NCBI GenBank assembly: GCA_963697765.1
Contig: CAVOPC010000003.1
Span: forward strand, 230,775 to 294,774
Length of the DNA: 64,000 nucleotides
Source of the DNA: an uncultured Actinomycetota bacterium
Lineage (GTDB): Bacteria; Actinomycetota; Actinomycetes; Propionibacteriales; Propionibacteriaceae
Direction: 5' to 3'
In this document: positions 60,770 through 64,000 of the stretch, one piece after another
How the letters are laid out: the number at the start of each line of letters is the position of its first letter
How positions within the stretch are numbered: position 1 is the stretch's first letter
Program-made: the position numbers and the translations under genes
The notes under the pieces: generated by a model
Databases searched by the model: none
What the model saw: the letters and a program-made list of their open reading frames with translations, nothing else
What the model was told of the DNA's origin: nothing

Positions 60770-61360
60770 CTACGCGTCGCCCTGGACGGCCGCCCGCACG
60801 GCGAGTGGAGGCAGACCGCAGGCCTCCGCGAACTGCTCCGAACCGATCCCGAGGGCGATGTTCGTGCGAGCGGACATGTTCATGAACCCGACCCGTGCCG
60901 CGAGTTCGACCAGCGCCGCCGGCCCGAGTTCGGCGAGCAACCCATTCGACAGCTCATCGGTCACTGCGGGTGGTGTCTGGCTCGCGGCCTCCGCGTACGC
61001 CATGACGCTGCGCTCCAGCTCAGTGAAGACGGAGGACTGGCGCCAGCGGGGCACCTCCCGTACCTTCTCCTCGTCTAGTCCGCGATTGTGCGCCATGAAG
61101 TAGTTCAGGTCGAGGCAGAAGCTGCACCCGATCGTGGCCGCAGACGCTATCGCCGCAAGAGACGCGAGATCGGGATCCAGCTCACGCCAACTTTCCACCT
61201 TGCGTCCGATGCCCAAAGTGTCCTTGAGGACCGCCTGGTTGTTCCACAGGACACCGATGGAGTCCGGTACGCGGCCCAGCATCTTTCGGGCTGCGAACTT
61301 CACCACCGCCCCATACGCACCGGTGATCTCCGTCGGGGGGACGCGGGTCTCGCTGGTCAT
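60770..61360 (-). CDS. Carboxymuconolactone decarboxylase (AhpD-like) family protein
   Basis: ATG 61360 (MTSETRVPPTEITGAYG...). The motif is IGCSFCLDLNYFMAH (a CxxC-containing AhpD-like core). It lies immediately upstream of, and co-oriented with, the ECF41 sigma gene. Confidence 0.8.
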   Translation of the reverse strand: MTSETRVPPTEITGAYGAVVKFAARKMLGRVPDSIGVLWNNQAVLKDTLGIGRKVESWRELDPDLASLAAIASAATIGCSFCLDLNYFMAHNRGLDEEKVREVPRWRQSSVFTELERSVMAYAEAASQTPPAVTDELSNGLLAELGPAALVELAARVGFMNMSARTNIALGIGSEQFAEACGLPPLAVRAAVQGDA

Positions 61361-61564
61361 GTCTTCTCCAATGTTGTCGCCGGATCGAGCCTTCGACATG
61401 AAGACACCGAGCGGTGCTCACGTGTGACATCTGAGCACGGATCCCGCGGCCCGCCGACGAGGTCGCAGGGTCGGTGGTCTGGCTCGGTCCGAGGTTGACG
61501 GCCAACGAAAACTGGGGTTACGCCCTTCAACAAACCAACGGTCGGTTCATCTAAGGAGGGTGAC

Positions 61565-61877
61565 GTGAGTCGCGAGTTCGCCGAGGTCCTGATCGCTGTT
61601 GTCACGGCAGTCGAGGCCGGCCCGCTGTTGTCCATCTCCGAGGTCGGCATCCACACCTCCGACGGCAGGGAATCGGTGGCGAACTGATCGGGACCCGACT
61701 GCAGTTGCTGGCGAGCGAACCTCCACCGTGCACTATCTCACCGACCCAGCCAACCTCGCGACGATCAGCCTCCACGCCAGATTCGGCTTCACGATGACCC
61801 TCAGCGTCGCACTTCAGTCTGAGGATGTGCGGCTCGACCACTATCAACTCGACATGAACCGCCCCCGAACGCCCTGA
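61565..61877 (+). pseudogene. GNAT acetyltransferase remnant (N-terminally truncated, two frame breaks)
   Basis: Three frames are needed. Frame 2 gives ...LLSISEVGIHTSDG, frame 1 gives RQGIGGELIGTRLQLLASE (GNAT motif A) and frame 0 gives VHYLTDPANLATISLHARFGF (motif B). Confidence 0.55.
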
Positions 61878-62100
61878 TCTGCCGCAACAGGGAGGGAAGG
61901 AGTTGTGACGGTCGCAACGCGAGCGCTCAAGCGAGGTGGGAGCTGCAAACCGGACGATGGTCGAGACGGTGAGGGGTCTCCGCACTAGCGGACTGCCGCG
62001 CTGGACATGGTCGAGGGGGCCGCGACAAGCCCTGACCTGACCTGACCCCAAGCGCCGGTTGCCAGGTGCCCGTCGCCAAGTTGAGACTGGACCCGTGGCC

Positions 62101-62478
62101 ATGGAGGAGACGCCCCGCCAGCGGGCGAACGCCGAGCGCATCAAGCGGATGCCGTTCGCGGCCTTGTACCCCAGCTATCTGGCGAAGGTCGAGCGCAAGG
62201 GACGCACCCGCGACGAGCTCGACACGGCGATCCGTTGGCTCACCGGGTTCGACGAGGCGGACTTCGAGGGCCACCTCGCCACCGGAACGACGGTTCGCGA
62301 CTTCTTCGATGCGGCCGACCTGCACCCGAACGCGGTCACGATCACTGGAGTCGTCTGCGGGGTGCGCATCGCCGACATCACCGACCCGCTCATGCGCCGC
62401 GTCCGCATCCTCGACAAGATCGTCGACGAACTGGCAATGGGACGGCCCATCGAAAGAGTTCTCCGGACCGAGACCTGA
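62101..62478 (+). CDS. DUF2200 domain-containing protein
   Basis: ATG 62101. IKRMPFAALYPSYLAKVERKGRTRDELDTAIRWLTGF matches my recollection of the DUF2200 signature. The antisense track ORF 61927..62541 is shadow. Confidence 0.7.
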   Translation: MEETPRQRANAERIKRMPFAALYPSYLAKVERKGRTRDELDTAIRWLTGFDEADFEGHLATGTTVRDFFDAADLHPNAVTITGVVCGVRIADITDPLMRRVRILDKIVDELAMGRPIERVLRTET

Positions 62479-62715
62479 ACCGCACAACTCAAGGCCGTGC
62501 TCAAAAACAGCGAACCCTGACCCGGCAAGAAGAGCGACCATCCGACCGCCTCGCAGGCCGGCGAACTCTCACTGTCATGCCGCGAGTTTGTTACGACGGG
62601 AGGGTCGGCATTCTGTCCAGAAGGCCGCTTTCCCACCGCCGCTGGTCGCGGCTCGCCCCGTCCGGTGACCTGCGAAGTCCGACGATTGGCCAGCCCGACG
62701 GGCGAGGCGGTCCTG

Positions 62716-63492
62716 CTAGAGGACGGCTTGTGGGATCTCGGGCAGGGTCTGTCCGCCGTCCACGATGAGCGTCTGGCCCGTGATGTAGCCGGCCTCGGTC
62801 GTCGCGAGGAAGGCAGCAGCGGCGCCGATGTCCTCCGGATCGGCGATTCGGTGCAGTGGGATCACCGCGCGCATGGACGCGATCGCGCCATCGCCCAGCG
62901 CGGCGAGGGCGTCGGTGAGGACGCTGCCCGGCATCACTGCGTTCACGGTGATGCCCTTGGGTGCCAGTTCCAGCGCGGCGCTGCGCATGAAGCCGAGCTG
63001 TGCAGCCTTCGTCGCGCCGTAGTGGGACCAGCCGGGGTAGCCGGTCACCGGCCCGGTGATCGAGGACGTGATGACCACCCGCCCGCGCGCCGAAGCCTCA
63101 AGCGCGGGGATGGCGGCCTGCACCGCCCAGATGGTGCCCTTGACGTTGAGCGCGAACAGGTCGTCGACCTGCTGCTCGCTCAGGTCGGCCAGCTTTGCGT
63201 CGGGGAAGGCTCCGGCATTGGCGCACAGGACGTCCAGACCGCCGAGCTCTGCGATCCCCCGGCCGATCGCGGCCTGTCCGTCCGCCCGATCGGTGACGTC
63301 ACCGACCACCGTCACCACTGCCGAGGCGCCGAGACCGGCGAGCCGACCTGCGGCTGTCGCCAGCGTCTCGCCATTGCGCGCCAGAATGGCCACTGCAGCA
63401 CCCGCCCTCGCGAACACGCTCGCAATGCCGAGGCCGATGCCGCGGGAGCCGCCGGTGATGAGCACCTTGCGGTCGGACAGGTCGAATAGCAT
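62716..63492 (-). CDS. SDR family oxidoreductase (FabG-like)
   Basis: ATG 63492 (MLFDLSDRKVLITGGSRGIGLG), then NAG, the catalytic YGATKAA, and the C-terminal ITGQTLIVDGG. Confidence 0.88.
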   Translation of the reverse strand: MLFDLSDRKVLITGGSRGIGLGIASVFARAGAAVAILARNGETLATAAGRLAGLGASAVVTVVGDVTDRADGQAAIGRGIAELGGLDVLCANAGAFPDAKLADLSEQQVDDLFALNVKGTIWAVQAAIPALEASARGRVVITSSITGPVTGYPGWSHYGATKAAQLGFMRSAALELAPKGITVNAVMPGSVLTDALAALGDGAIASMRAVIPLHRIADPEDIGAAAAFLATTEAGYITGQTLIVDGGQTLPEIPQAVL

Positions 63493-63898
63493 GGGGGCCT
63501 CCTTCAGCACCACGTTGATGCTGCTCTACACCCCCCGGGACGGGCTGGGTAGGCCGCAGCCTTACCCCACCCTGCAGTTCTAGTGACGGTGACCAGTCGC
63601 TGGGAACGGATCAACGTCGCTGCCAAGGGCGCCGGAACAAGCAGCTCCTGTCGGTTGTCATCGTGATCCGCCATTCTGATGGCGATCCCCGAAGTGATGC
63701 CAGCGCTGCTGGTCGACCCGACAGGTCATCACCGACCCTGACCACGTCGACACCGCTGCCCGGCTCCGGGCCGCCTACCAGCAGCCGGCGCACAGCGCTC
63801 GCGGTGGCAACCGACCCATCGCGGCGGCGGTGGAGAATCGTCCTGTATTGCCGCCGTCCGCGTGTTCGGTGGTGCCGATGATGGCGCGTCTGTTGCGG

Positions 63899-64000
63899 CT
63901 AATCGGTTGCGAGCTGGACGGCGTTCAGGATGCTCCACAGGTTGGCCGGGTCGGCCATCGTCAAGCCTGCGAGATCGCCCGGATCGGCGCCCAGGCACCG
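63899..64000 (-). CDS. Unidentified CDS, C-terminal end only (gene enters from the right edge)
   Basis: The minus-strand frame reads ...LGADPGDLAGLTMADPANLWSILNAVQLATD then TAG (63901-63899). Third-position GC bias looks coding. It is too short to classify. Confidence 0.3.
   Translation of the reverse strand, partial: RCLGADPGDLAGLTMADPANLWSILNAVQLATD

Overview
High-GC actinobacterial chromosomal segment, densely coded on both strands. The six-frame track is full of long antisense shadow ORFs typical of high GC, and I ignored them.

**Gene content, left to right:**
- The conserved tRNA-Gly / tig / clpP1 / clpP2 / clpX block, all on the minus strand.
- A small RHH protein and a ThrE-type exporter.
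- A LacI-controlled glycoside locus: lipoprotein SBP, two ABC permeases, a GH78 alpha-L-rhamnosidase and a GH3 beta-glucosidase. One permease and the GH78 gene are frame-broken.
- A MarR + RND efflux pump.
- DUF6328, topoisomerase IB and YggS.
- A TetR + ABC-2 exporter.
- ZIP and NhaA transporters.
- A MerR + aldo/keto reductase operon.
- A MarR + DHA2 MFS pump.
- A GH13 enzyme.
- Many small regulator/oxidoreductase modules (MarR, TetR, XRE/MmyB-like, ArsR, ECF41 sigma) and a GAF-ANTAR regulator.
- A tandem HD-GYP + LuxR regulator.
- An IS5-like remnant and several decayed genes (RidA, GNAT, beta-propeller).

**Most unusual content:**
- Both efflux pumps carry long helical-hairpin inserts in loops predicted to face outward.
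  - The MFS pump has a ~420-aa insert made of two opposed arrays of about 15 and 14 near-perfect heptads.
  - The RND pump has a ~170-aa two-helix insert with a Cys-bracketed proline-rich tip.
- A dispersed palindromic intergenic repeat family with core CGAGCTTGTCGA / TCGACAAGCTCG.
- Four frame breaks that are each repaired by deleting a single base.
- Several clear operator palindromes.

I found no CRISPR array, prophage, rRNA or recognisable defence system.
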